A stretch of 64,000 bases of DNA from an uncultured Thermoleophilia bacterium (GTDB taxonomy: Bacteria; Actinomycetota; Thermoleophilia; UBA2241). The translations under genes were made by a program, and so were the position numbers. The stretch lies in the NCBI GenBank assembly GCA_963715985.1, contig CAVQSP010000003.1:32001-96000 (forward strand). The letters are read 5' to 3'. The notes beneath the pieces are model-generated. The model made no database searches and was not told the origin of the DNA. It saw nothing but the letters and a program-made list of their open reading frames with translations. The stretch's first letter is position 1, and the number at the start of each line of letters is the position of its first letter. Shown piece by piece: positions 32,561 through 43,760 of this stretch.

Positions 32561-33772
32561 ATGACGACTCTAGACGACGTGGTGCGGCGACAGACGATCG
32601 TCGACGCGAGGAGGTTCGATCTCGAGGGCGCCGGCCCCACGATGATGGCGGTGGTCACGACCGGCAACGGCGGCCTGGACAAGCTCGACTATCGCGAGGT
32701 GCCCGTTCCCAAGCCCGCGGCAGGCGAGGTCCTGCTGCAGGTCCTCGCGGCCGGGGTCAACAACACCGAGATCAACACCCGTCTCGGCTGGTACTCGTCG
32801 AGTGTCACCGACAGCACCGAGAGCACGGCGGAAGCCGAGGAGCGGGAGGCGAAGCAGAAGGCCGACGGCGGATGGAGCGAGCCGACGCCGTTCCCGTTCA
32901 TCCAGGGCACCGACTGCTGCGGGCGCGTGGTCGAGGTCGCGCCGGGCGGGGACGAGAGCATGCTCGGGCGGCGCGCGCTCGTACGCGCCTGTATGCGCCC
33001 GCTCGGGTTCGGGTCCAAGGAGAACATCTGGATGGCGTCCGACTTCGACGGCGCGTTCGCCCAGTTCGTCAAGGTCCCCGCGTCGGAGGTCTTCCCCGTG
33101 GACTGCGACTGGAGCGACGTGGAGCTGGCCACCATCCCGTGCTCCTACGGGGCCGCCGAGAACATGGTGCACCGCGCCGCCCCGGTGGAAGGCGAGCACG
33201 TCCTCGTCACCGGCGCCTCGGGTGGTGTCGGGTCCGCGGCGGTGCAGCTGGCGAAGCGCCGCGGAGCCACCGTCATCGCCGACGACTCCTACCGCTTCGC
33301 GCGCCTCCGGCCGGACACCACGCCCGGCGACCGGGAGCGTCGCGAGGAGTGGCTGCAGCAGCTGCACGCCATCGGCGCTGACCGCGTCATCGAGACCGGC
33401 GAGGACATCGCCGACCTCCTCGGCGAGAAGAGCGTGGACGTCGTCATCGACAACGTGGCCGGGCCGTCGTTCGACGGCCTTCTGAGGGCGCTGAAGCGCG
33501 GCGGGCGGTACGCATCCTCGGGTGCGATCGCCGGTCCGCTGGTGACGCTCGACAAGCGCACGTTCTACCTCAAGGACCTCACGCTGATCGGCTGCACTGC
33601 GTGGGACGAGCCGGTCTTCCCGAACCTCGTCTCCTACATCGAGCGCGGCGAGATACGGCCGCTCGTGGCCAAGACGTTTCCGCTCGGCCGCATCGCCGAC
33701 GCGCAGCGCGAGTTCCTCGAGAAGCGGCATCTCGGCAACTTCGTGCTGATCCCTCCCGGGATGGACGAGTGA
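32561..33772 (+). CDS. medium-chain dehydrogenase/reductase (alcohol dehydrogenase / quinone oxidoreductase-like)
   Basis: VLAAGVNNTEINTR, IQGTDCCG, VLVTGASGGVGSAAVQLAK. Confidence 0.85.
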   Translation: MTTLDDVVRRQTIVDARRFDLEGAGPTMMAVVTTGNGGLDKLDYREVPVPKPAAGEVLLQVLAAGVNNTEINTRLGWYSSSVTDSTESTAEAEEREAKQKADGGWSEPTPFPFIQGTDCCGRVVEVAPGGDESMLGRRALVRACMRPLGFGSKENIWMASDFDGAFAQFVKVPASEVFPVDCDWSDVELATIPCSYGAAENMVHRAAPVEGEHVLVTGASGGVGSAAVQLAKRRGATVIADDSYRFARLRPDTTPGDRERREEWLQQLHAIGADRVIETGEDIADLLGEKSVDVVIDNVAGPSFDGLLRALKRGGRYASSGAIAGPLVTLDKRTFYLKDLTLIGCTAWDEPVFPNLVSYIERGEIRPLVAKTFPLGRIADAQREFLEKRHLGNFVLIPPGMDE

Positions 33773-34230
33773 CGCGCCGGACCGCGAGCTCGCGCCGACA
33801 CGGTCTGGCACAGGCCTGAGGAGAAGCGACGGACTTCTACACGGGAAGTGTGCTGAGGCTCGACCTCACGAGGCTCGAGGCCTCGGTCGAGCCGCTGGCC
33901 CACGGATCGGCGGCCTGACATGTCGCGAGGCGTCGCGACGAACGACCGGAGGTGGCCGGCACGGCACAGGGTCTGGCCGAGCGCCGTCGGCCCGCATATG
34001 CAGCGGTCAGAATCAGCCTTGAGAGAGGATCATGTCTGGGAGGATGCCTTTGGCAGAATGACAGCGCGCCATGGCGCGTCCGCCGTGCTGACTAGCCGGT
34101 CGAGTCTCTCTTGCTAGCATGCGGGAGGGGTTGTATGTTGCCGGGAAGTCGGCTGGGGGCGGTGTGGCGGCGCGAGATGCCGCGACCGCGTGTGTCGTTT
34201 CGCAGGACGAGTCTAGGGGGAATCGCGAAC

Positions 34231-35920
34231 ATGGCCAGTGAACAGTACCGCAGAGAGTACGCACAACACCTGGTGGAGATGGTCAACAAGGGCAAGATGA
34301 CGCGGCGCCAGCTGCTCATCAGGGCCTCCGTCTTCGGCTTCTCGGCGACGGTCGCCAGCCAGCTGCTGGCCGCCTGCGGCGGCAGCAGCAGCGGCGGCGA
34401 GACCACGTCGGCCTCGCCGACGGCCTCGGCGGGCCCCGAGCCCGTCATGGGCGGCACCCTCAAGGTCATCATCTCGCCGTCGATCACCGACATCGACCCG
34501 GTCACCATCTACGACCAGGGTGGCATCACGCTCATCTCGCAGTTCTGCGAGTACCTCATCAACCTCAAGGACGACATGTCGCTGGAGGGCCGGCTGGCGG
34601 AGAGCTGGTCGCCGAACGACACGGGCGACGTCTGGACCTTCAAGCTGCGCCAAGGCATCAAGTTCAACGACGGCAGCCCCTTCGAGGCTCCGGATGTCGT
34701 CTCCACGATGGACCGCCTCGTCGATCCCAAGAGCGGATCGGCCGCCCAGGCCGCCCTGCTCGGTATCCTCTCCGTCGGCGGCACGAAGGCAGTGGACCAG
34801 TACACGGTCGACTTCAATCTCGACAAGCCGTTCGCGGACTTCCCGTACATGGTGTGCACCTCCTCGTACAACACCGTGATGCTGCCGCGCAACTACAAGG
34901 GCGACTGGGTCAAGAACCCCGTGGGCACCGGTCCCTGGCTGCTCAAGGAATACGTGGCCAAGCAGAAGTGCACCGCCACCAAGAAGCCCGACTACTGGCG
35001 CAAGGACGCGGAGGGCCGGCAGCTGCCCTTCATGGACGAGATCGACTGGGTCATGATCGCGGACGAGTCGGCCTCCACGCTGCAGCTGCAATCGGGAACC
35101 GCCGACGTGCAGGCCCAGACCGTCTTCCAGGGCGCGCAGGCGCTGTGGACCGACCCCAACCTCAGGGTCGACATCTACCCGTCTCCCGGCATCCGCGAGC
35201 TCCAGATGAACACCCTGAAGGATCCCTTCACAGACAAGAGAGTGCGCCAGGCAGTCGCGCTCAGCCTCGATCGTGAAGCCATCAACCAGGCGCTCTTCGA
35301 CGGCAAGAGCATCATCGGCAACGACACCTTCTTCCAGACGCCGCCCTACCCCAACCAGCCGCCCACGAGTCGCGCGCACGCAGGACCACGCGAAGGCCAA
35401 GCAGCTCCTCGCGGATGCCGGATACCCAGACGGGCTCAAGGTCACACTGACCGCCGAGGACTACCTCGAGGTCCCGCAGTACGCGCAGCTCATCCAGGCG
35501 CAGTGCAAGCCGGCCGGCATCGACGTCAAGATCGACCCGATCCCCTACGAGCAGTGGTACGCGGGCGCCAACGACGTCACGCCCTGGCTCAACGTGCCTT
35601 TCGGCATCACCGAGTGGGGCCCGCGCCCGACCCCCGGCGTGTTCGTGCAGGCCATGCTCCTGCCTGATAGCGCCTGGAGCTCCTCGCACTGGAACAACCC
35701 GGAGTTCGCGAGCACCTTCGAGCAGTACATGTCCACGACCGACGAGGCATCGCGGCTCGATCTGGCCACCAAGCTGTCGGCCATCCAGCAGGACGACACG
35801 CCCATCATCGTGGCCTTCTACATCACGCAGCTGCGTGCCCAGAAGAAGACCGTGTACGGCATCACGGGCCCCGGCGCCTTCTACTGCGACGTGTCCGGGG
35901 CGTTCATCGCGACGGCGTGA
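34231..35920 (+). CDS. family-5 ABC substrate-binding lipoprotein with twin-arginine signal (frameshift near 35370)
   Basis: MTRRQLL...LLAAC, WTFKLRQGIKFNDG, PVGTGPW; C-terminal third continues in +1 frame (QDHAKAKQLLADAG). Confidence 0.85.
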
Positions 35921-36275
35921 CGAAAGCAGACTGACCACGAAGTCGACCTGACGCAGGGTCCCCGGGAGGTCGCACTCCACGTACCGCCGGCCGCCGCACG
36001 CGGCCCGACGTCGCCCCCCGTGTCGGTGCGCGTGTCCGCACTTGCCGAGGTGCCGTCCGGCGGGGTGGAGCGCTACAGCCGGGGGCCCTGCGCCACTCAG
36101 GGCGGCCTGCCTTGATCTCCGTCGGGCCGGCCGCCCGCGCCGCCGCCTTCACGGGCTCGCGTCTGCGCAGCCGTCAATCGCATCTCTGGCGGTCGTAGGA
36201 GTGTTCGCATCATTTTTGTGCTGCCAACACCCGTCACCACAGAACATCTGCACACGTGAGCAGTCGGCATCGGCT

Positions 36276-36323
36276 AATTGACCGGTCAGTTTACTTGCCA
36301 TCCTACGGCGACGTGTGTATGGT
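36276..36323 (+). promoter_or_regulatory. palindrome AAtTGACCGGTCAgTT upstream of a TTGCCA-17-TATGGT promoter
   Basis: palindrome 36276-36291; -35 at 36295-36300; -10 at 36318-36323. Confidence 0.5.
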
Positions 36324-36409
36324 GACGCGAGGTGGGGGCATCCGATGCGGTACGGCACCGCATCGGCCTCGAGTTCGCATGAGACGTAGGTCACGGGGAG
36401 GCACTTCAA

Positions 36410-38108
36410 ATGGCTAGCGATAAGCACACTACTGACGACACCGAGCACCTGATCGAGATGGTGCGCAAGGGCAAGATGACGCGGCGCCAGCTGGTCACGC
36501 GCGCGGCCGCTCTCGGCCTCGGGGCGACGGCCGTCGGCCAGCTCCTCGCGGCTTGCGGCGGCACCAGCAGCGGCGGCGGTGCTTCGGCCTCGTCGGCGCC
36601 GAGCGGCAGCGCCGCCCCTGCGCCCGTGATGGGCGGCACGCTCATCGGCATCATCCCGCCGTCGATCACCGAGCTCGATCCGGTGACGATCTACGACCAG
36701 GGCGGCATCGTCCTCGTCCAGCAGATCTGCGAGTACCTCATCGCGCTCGACAACCAGAACGGCCTCAAGCCCAGCCTGGCCGAGAGCTGGTCGGGCAACG
36801 CAGACGCCTCGGTGTGGACGTTCAAGCTGCGCCAGGGCGTGACGTTCAACGACGGCAGCCCCTTCGAGGCCGAGGACGTCGTGGCCAGCATCGAGCGGGT
36901 CGTCGATCCCAAGAGCGGCTCGGGCGCCCTCGCGGCACTCGCCGGCATCCTCTCGCCGGGCGGCACCAAGGCCGTCGATACGGCCACCGTGGAGTTCACC
37001 CTCGACAAGCCGTTCGCGGACTTCCCGTACCTGGTGTGCCAGTCCTCGTACAACACGGTCATGCTTCCGAGAGCGTATGCGGGCGACTTCCCGAAGAGTC
37101 CGGTCGGCACCGGCCCCTGGCTGCTCGACTCGTACGTGTCCAAGCAGAAGGCCGTCATGGTCAAGAACCCCACGTACTGGGGCAAGGACGCCGCCGGCAA
37201 TCAGCTTCCGTACCTCGATTCGGTCACCTGGGTCATGGTGCAGGACGAGTCGGCCGCCAACCTGCAGCTGCAGTCCGGCGCCGTCGACTTCCAGCCGCAG
37301 ACGGTGTTCCAGGGCTCACAGGCGCTGTTCGCCGACCCGAACCTGCGCGTCGACATCTATCCGGGCTCCGGTATCCGCGAGGTCGCGTTCAACCTCGAGA
37401 AGGAGCCTTGGAAGTCGGCCCCCAAGGAGCTCCGTCAGGCCGTCGCCTACTGCCTCGACCGCGACGCCATCAACAAGGCCCTCTACGACGGCCGCAGCCT
37501 CCTCGGCGTCGACACGTTCTGGGAGCCGACGGTGTTCCCGGGCAGCCCCACTCCGCCTGAGCCGGGCGCAGGACTACACCAAGGCCAAGGAGCTGCTCTC
37601 GACGGCCGGTTTCGCCGACGGCATCGACATCGAGCTCACGGTCGCCAAGTACCTCGAGAACCCACAGCTGGCCCAGCTCATCCAGCAGCAGTGCAAGGAA
37701 GCCGGCATCAACGTCAAGATCAACCAGATCAGCTACGACGCCTTCTACGCCGGCGGCGAGAACGACACCCCGTGGCTCAACGCGCCGATGGTCATCGTCG
37801 AGTGGGGCAGCCGGCCCACGCCGGGCGTGTTCGCGCAGGCCATGCTCATGCCGGGCGTGCCGTGGAGCTCGTCCCACTGGGACAACGCCGACTTCGCGTC
37901 CAACTTCGACCAGTACATGGCGACCACCGACGAGGCCAAGCGTACCGAGCTCGCCACCACCCTGTCGCAGATCCAGCAGGACGATACGCCGATCATGGTG
38001 CCGTTCTTCATCACGCAGCTGCGCACGCAGAAGAAGGACGTGTACGGCATCCAGGGCCCCGGCAACTTCTACTGCATCATGTCCGAAGCGTTCAAGGCCG
38101 CCGGGTGA
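36410..38108 (+). CDS. second family-5 ABC substrate-binding lipoprotein with twin-arginine signal (frameshift near 37560)
   Basis: close paralogue of 34231..35920; continues in +1 frame (RAQDYTKAKELL). Confidence 0.85.
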
Positions 38109-38147
38109 GGCTCTGACACTCCGGTCGAACTGAGGTAGGGCCCCGGG

Positions 38148-39095
38148 ATGCTCCGTCTCATCGGTCGCCGACTGCTCCTCATGGTGCCGACGCTGATCCT
38201 CGCGTCGATCCTGATCTTCGCGCTCGCGGAGGTGCTGCCCGGCGACGTGGGACGCTCCATCCTGGGGCCCTACGCCACGCAGGAACAGGTCGAGATCCTC
38301 AACGAGCAGCTGGGCGCCGACAAGCCCCTCTACGAGCGCTACCTGACGTGGGCCGGCAACTTCGTCACCGGCGACTGGGGCGACTCCCTGCTGCTCAAGG
38401 TGCCCGTCTTCCCCACGGTCATGAAGGCCCTCGGCAACTCGCTCGTGCTGGCCGCCTTCGCCCTCATCATCATCGTGCCCACGTCGATCCTGCTGGGGGT
38501 GTGGGCGGGCCTCCGACGAGACAGCCTCCTCGACCGCAGCATCACCATCTCCACCCTCTCCATGACGGTCATCCCCGAGTTCGTCTCCGGCGTCGTCCTC
38601 CTGTACGTGTTCGCCGTGTGGCTCAAGTGGCTGCCGGTGACGGCCATGCCGCCCGACGGCTCGCCCTTCTACGAGCGCCTCTACTACCTCATCCTCCCGG
38701 CCATCCCGCTGATGTTCCTCGAGCTCGGCTACATCGCCCGCATGGCCCGCGTCGGCACCGTGCAGGTGCTCGCGATGCCCTACATCCGCACCGCCGTGCT
38801 CAAGGGCCTGCCGCGCCGGCGCGTCGTCTTCGGGCACGTGCTGCGCAACGCCATGGTGCCCACGGTCACCGTCATCGGCAGCCAGGTCGGCTGGCTGATC
38901 GGCGGCCTCGTCGTCATCGAGACGCTCTTCGTCTACCCCGGCATCGGCAAGCTCATGGTCGACGCCGCGCAGACCCACGACCTGCCCATGCTCGAGGCGG
39001 CGGTGCTCATGGTCGCCATCATCTACATGGTCTCCAACCTCGTCGCCGACATCATCGTCGCCCTGCTCAACCCGCGCATCAGGATGGGAGGCTGA
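38148..39095 (+). CDS. peptide ABC transporter permease (DppB-like)
   Basis: GDWGDSL, YIRTAVLKGL, HVLRNA, YPGIG. Confidence 0.92.
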   Translation: MLRLIGRRLLLMVPTLILASILIFALAEVLPGDVGRSILGPYATQEQVEILNEQLGADKPLYERYLTWAGNFVTGDWGDSLLLKVPVFPTVMKALGNSLVLAAFALIIIVPTSILLGVWAGLRRDSLLDRSITISTLSMTVIPEFVSGVVLLYVFAVWLKWLPVTAMPPDGSPFYERLYYLILPAIPLMFLELGYIARMARVGTVQVLAMPYIRTAVLKGLPRRRVVFGHVLRNAMVPTVTVIGSQVGWLIGGLVVIETLFVYPGIGKLMVDAAQTHDLPMLEAAVLMVAIIYMVSNLVADIIVALLNPRIRMGG

Positions 39096-39096
39096 G

Positions 39097-40114
39097 ATGA
39101 GCGACGAGCGCGAGACGCCCTTCGGCCCCGATCCCGACCTGCGCCAGGAGGGCATGCAGCTCGGCGCCGACCCGGAGATGATGGAGCTGCGCGCCGACGC
39201 GGCTGCCACCATGGTCGCCGAGCTGGCGGGCGAGGGCGGCCCGCAGCCCAAGGCCCTGCAGGCCGACGCCGCGGCGGCTGCCGAGCAGGCCCGCCAGCGC
39301 CGCTACCTCATGCGCGCGCTGCTGCGCAGCCCCACGTTCATGGTCGGCCTCATCATCGTGCTCTTCTGGGTCTTCATGGCCGCCTTCTCGACGTTCATCA
39401 CGCAGGACCCCTTCGCGCAGGACGCGATGGCCTCCCTGCAGTCGCCGAGCCCGGCGCACTGGTTCGGCACCGACGACCTCGGTCGCGACGTCTTCGCACG
39501 CACCATGGCGGGGGCGCGCACCGTGCTCATCATCGCCCCGCTCGCCACCGTGCTTGCCCTGCTCTGGGGCGGCATCATCGGCCTCATCGCCGGCTTCTGG
39601 CGCGGGCTCACCGACGAGATCATCATGCGCCTCGTCGACGTGCTTGCTGGCGCTGCCCATCATCATCACCTCGATCCTCATCCTCTCCCTGCTCGGCAAG
39701 GGCACGGGGATCATCATCGTCACCATCGGCGCCCTCTTCACGCCCGTGGTCAGCCGCACCGTGCGTGCGGCGGTGATCGGCGAGCGCGAGCGCGAGTACG
39801 TGATGGCGGCACGCCTGCGCGGCGAGCGCTCGGCCTTCGTGATGAGCCGCGAGATCCTCCCCAACATCACGCAGCCCATCATCGTCGAGGGCACCGTGCG
39901 CCTCGGCTACGCGGTGTTCACGGCCGCCACGCTCTCGTTCCTCGGCTTCGGCCTCGCCCCGCCCTCGGCCGACTGGGGCCTCACCATCGCCACCGAGCGC
40001 GTCTTCCTGCAGATCGCCCCGTGGACGGTCCTCTTCCCCGCTGCGGCCCTCGCCTTGTTGGTGGTGGCAGTGAACCTCATCACCGACGGTCTCGGGAGGG
40101 TGTGGAGCAAATGA
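39097..40114 (+). CDS. peptide ABC transporter permease (DppC-like; frameshift near 39643)
   Basis: HWFGTDDLGRD in frame 1; YVMAARLRG, EILPN, DWG in +1 frame. Confidence 0.85.
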
Positions 40115-42278
40115 GCGCCGTGGAACGAACAGACGCAGGCGGCCGCCCTCGACGTGCGCGACCTCGAGGTCACCTTCCACCGCCGCGGCCGCGACCTGCC
40201 GGTGCTCAAGGGCGTCACCCTGAAGATCGCCGCCGGCCAGGCCTACGGCCTCGTCGGCGAGTCGGGCTGCGGCAAGACCACGCTGGCCATGGCGGCGATG
40301 CGCTACCTCGCCACCAACGGCACGCTGGACAACGGCAGCGTGGCCGTCGACGGCCAGGACGTGAGCACGCTCAGCGAAGAGGCGCTGCGCAAGTGGCGCG
40401 GCGGCAAGGTCTCCATGGTCTACCAGGACCCGACGCAGGCCCTCTCCCCCGCCATGCGCATCGGCGACCAGCTCGCCGAGGTCTTCCACTTCCACGAGGG
40501 CCTCGACAAGCAGGCGGCCCTGGAGCGCGCCCGCGAGAGCCTGCGCCGCGTGGCCATCCCCGATCCCGACGCCACCCTGCGGCGCTACCCGTTCGAGCTC
40601 TCCGGCGGCCAGCAGCAGCGCGTCGTCATCGCCATGGCGCTCTCGGTCAACCCGCGCCTGCTCATCCTCGACGAGCCCACCACCGGCCTCGACGCCACGG
40701 TGGAGGCCGAGATCCTCGACCTCATCGAGGAGCTGCGCGGGCGCATCAACGCCGCCATCCTCCTCATCACCCACAACCTCGGCCTCGTGCGCCCGGCTCT
40801 GCGAGCGCGTCGGCGTGCTCTACGCCGGGCGCCTCGTCGAGGAGGGTCCCGCCCGCGACATCTTCACCGACCCGCGCCACCCCTACACGATGGGCCTGCT
40901 GCGATGCGTGCCGCGCTTCGGCATGAACAAGACCGACGCCGCCCTGCAGACCATCCCCGGCACGCTGCCCGCCCTCGGCGAGCCCCTCGAGGGCTGCGTC
41001 TACTCGGCGCGCTGCCCCATGGCCAAGCCCGTCTGCACGCGCCGCGAACCGGATCTCTACGCCTGGCCCGGCGACGGCGGCGCCAAGGGCGCCGCCGAGG
41101 CGGAGGCCCTCCCGCCCGACCCGGCCGCCTACTCGCCCAACCACGCCAAGCCCGTGGGCGAGAGCGAGCGCCACGCGCGCTGCTACTTCTCCGCCCAGGT
41201 CGAGCAGATGCCCGTCATGGTGCCGGTGCTCGCCAAGAGCCTCGAGGAGCGCGGCGGCAAGGACGACGTGCTCGGCATCGACGACGTGCAGCGCACCTTC
41301 AAGGACGGGCGCAAGCGGCTCACCGCCGTGCACCACGTCTCCCTCGCCCTCAAGCGCGGCGAGACCTTCGGCCTCGTCGGCGAGTCGGGCTCCGGCAAGA
41401 CCACGCTGGCCAAGTGCGTCACCGGTCTCCTCGCCCCCGACTCCGGCACCATCACCTTCGAGGGCGGCGTGCTGCGCCCCACCTCGGGCAAGCGTTCGCA
41501 GGACGCCCTGCGCGCCATCCAGATGGTCTTCCAGAACCCGGACTCGACGCTGAACCCGGCGTGGAGCACGCGCGCCATCCTCACGCGCGCCGTGCGCAAG
41601 CTGGCCGGCGCCCACGGCGGCGACGTGCGCGCCAAGGTCGACTCGATCTCGGCCGGCGTCCGCGTCGAGCCGCGCTTCCTGCTGCAGCGGCCCACCGAGC
41701 TCTCCGGCGGCCAGAAGCAGCGCATCGCCATCGCCCGTGCCTTCGCCGGCGACCCCACGCTCGTCGTCTGCGACGAACCCGCCTCGGCCCTCGACGTCTC
41801 CGTGCAGGCCAGCATCCTCAACCTGCTGGTCGAGCTGCAGACCAAGGAGCAGGTCTCCTACGTGTTCATCAGCCACGACCTCGCGGTGGTGCGCTACATC
41901 AGCGACCGCATCGGCGTGATGTACCTGGCCGAGCTCATCGAGGTCGGCTCGTCCGAAGAGGTCTTCAACCCGCCGCATCACCCGTACACGGAGGCGTTGC
42001 TCTCCTCCATCCCCACGCTGGACTTCGACAACCCGAGCCAGCGCATCCCGCTGCGCGGCACCATGCCGAGCCTCACCGATCCGCCCTCAGGCTGCCGCTT
42101 CCACACGCGCTGCCACCGCACGCTCGGGGAGCTCTGCGAGCAGCAGGTCCCGCCGGAGCAGGAGGCGGGCGACGGGCACATCTACGCCTGCCACATCCCG
42201 CCGGACGAGCTCTTGCGGCTGCAGACCGAGGGTGCACCGGTCGCCGCGCATCAGCTGGACCCTGTAGCCGAAGACTAG
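40111..42278 (+). CDS. fused double ABC ATPase (DppD+DppF; frameshifts near 40123 and 40790)
   Basis: two Walker A (GESGCGKT, GESGSGKT), two LSGGQ, two Cys-rich C-terminal motifs; ends in TAG. Confidence 0.85.
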
Positions 42279-43171
42279 CCCCAGGCGGGCTCGCACGGCG
42301 GACACAGCGCCAGTGCGTTCCACGAGTCGTACGCCAGCCCTATCGCCGCATGCCGCTTGTAGGGCAGCGACGGCCGATCCGGGATCGAGCCGCAGATCGC
42401 CGCGACGCACCCATCGGCGAGGATGTGGGCCGACTCCTCGTCCGCGGGCCGGCCTTCCAGCAGCGCCTCGACCTCGGTGGCACGGAACGCGACACCACCG
42501 ACCGCGCCCAGCGCCAGGCGTACATCGGCCAGCGTCCCGGAGGCGGCATCAAAGCGTACTACCAGCGCCGCGCTCAGACGCGCGACACTCACGGCGGTGC
42601 GCGATCCGATCTTGGTGAATGCCGTACGGTACTCGGCACCGAGCGCCGGGAACGCGAACTCCACGATGGCTTGATCGTGCGCGAGGCTCGTGCGGTTCGG
42701 GCCGAGCAGCACCTCACCGATCGGCCGGGTGAGCGTGACACCTGCGCCGTCGACCGTCGTGACCTCGGCACCCAGTGCCGTGAGCGCCGTGGCGCTGTCC
42801 GCGCACGGGGACGCGTTGGCGATGTTGCCGCCCACGGTGCCCGCGTTGCGGATCTGCACTGAGCCCACCTGCGCGGCCGCCAGCGCCAGGCACAGCGCGT
42901 GCTGACGGAGCAATGGGTCGCGCTGGAGGTCTGTGAACGTGGTGAGCGCGCCGACCCGCAGCGTGCCGCCGTCGAGCCGTACGCCGGCGAAGCCGCGCAG
43001 GCCTGTGAGATCCACGAGCAGGTCGGGCTCGTGACCGGGCCGGCGGATGTCGCGCACCAGGTCGGTGCCGCCGGCGAGCAGTCGCGTCCGCGGAGTCGCA
43101 CGGGAGAGGGCGGCGACCAGGTCGTCCCTGGTGGCCGGCGTCAGGATGTCCGTCGCGGGCATCTCACGCAC
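42275..43171 (-). CDS. xanthine dehydrogenase-family FAD-binding subunit
   Basis: LAGGTDL, QIRNAGTVGGNIANASPCAD; ends in TAG. Confidence 0.9.
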   Translation of the reverse strand: MREMPATDILTPATRDDLVAALSRATPRTRLLAGGTDLVRDIRRPGHEPDLLVDLTGLRGFAGVRLDGGTLRVGALTTFTDLQRDPLLRQHALCLALAAAQVGSVQIRNAGTVGGNIANASPCADSATALTALGAEVTTVDGAGVTLTRPIGEVLLGPNRTSLAHDQAIVEFAFPALGAEYRTAFTKIGSRTAVSVARLSAALVVRFDAASGTLADVRLALGAVGGVAFRATEVEALLEGRPADEESAHILADGCVAAICGSIPDRPSLPYKRHAAIGLAYDSWNALALCPPCEPAWG

Positions 43172-43760
43172 CTCCCTCCGGCCGCAGGTCGCGGTCGGCG
43201 ATCTGCTCCGCGACCTCCAGGACGATGGCCAGCGTCTCTGGGTCGGTCTGCGGCTCGGCGGCCAGCTCCTCGGCGTCGCCCGGCATCTCCATGAGCGGCG
43301 TGGCTTCCTGGCCGCTCGCCGCCTTCACCGCGGCGACGATGGCAGAGTAGCCGGTGCACCGGCACAGGTTGCCGGCGAGGGCGACGCGGATGTCCTGATC
43401 CGACGGCACTGGGTTCTCCATGAGCAAGGCCTTCGCGGACATCAACATGCCGGGCGTGCAGTACCCGCACTGCACCGCACCGTATTCGACGAACTTCTGC
43501 TGCAGCAGGTCCAGCTCGCCGTCCTCTGCCAGACCCTCCACCGTGACGATCTCCTTGCCGCGCGCCTGCACGGCGAGCATGATGCAGGAGGCGACCGCCC
43601 TGCCGTCCACGAGGACGGTGCAAGCGCCGCACTCGCCCTCGGCGCACCCCTCCTTGGTACCGGTGAATCCCAGGCGGTCGCGCAGGACGTCCAGCAAGCG
43701 CGCCGTGGGTGGCGCGTCGACCTCGTACAGCGTGCCGTTCACCATCAACAGCAGCTCCAT
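43164..43760 (-). CDS. xanthine dehydrogenase-family 2Fe-2S subunit
   Basis: GTKEGCAEGECGACTV, QCGYCTPG, GNLCRCTGY. Confidence 0.92.
   Translation of the reverse strand: MELLLMVNGTLYEVDAPPTARLLDVLRDRLGFTGTKEGCAEGECGACTVLVDGRAVASCIMLAVQARGKEIVTVEGLAEDGELDLLQQKFVEYGAVQCGYCTPGMLMSAKALLMENPVPSDQDIRVALAGNLCRCTGYSAIVAAVKAASGQEATPLMEMPGDAEELAAEPQTDPETLAIVLEVAEQIADRDLRPEGGA

Noticed and set aside
33780-34230. Riboswitch (e.g. cobalamin) in the long intergenic region
   Set aside because: No recognisable consensus; only a 9-bp hairpin (33857-33893) and a plausible TTGCTA-17-TATGTT promoter.
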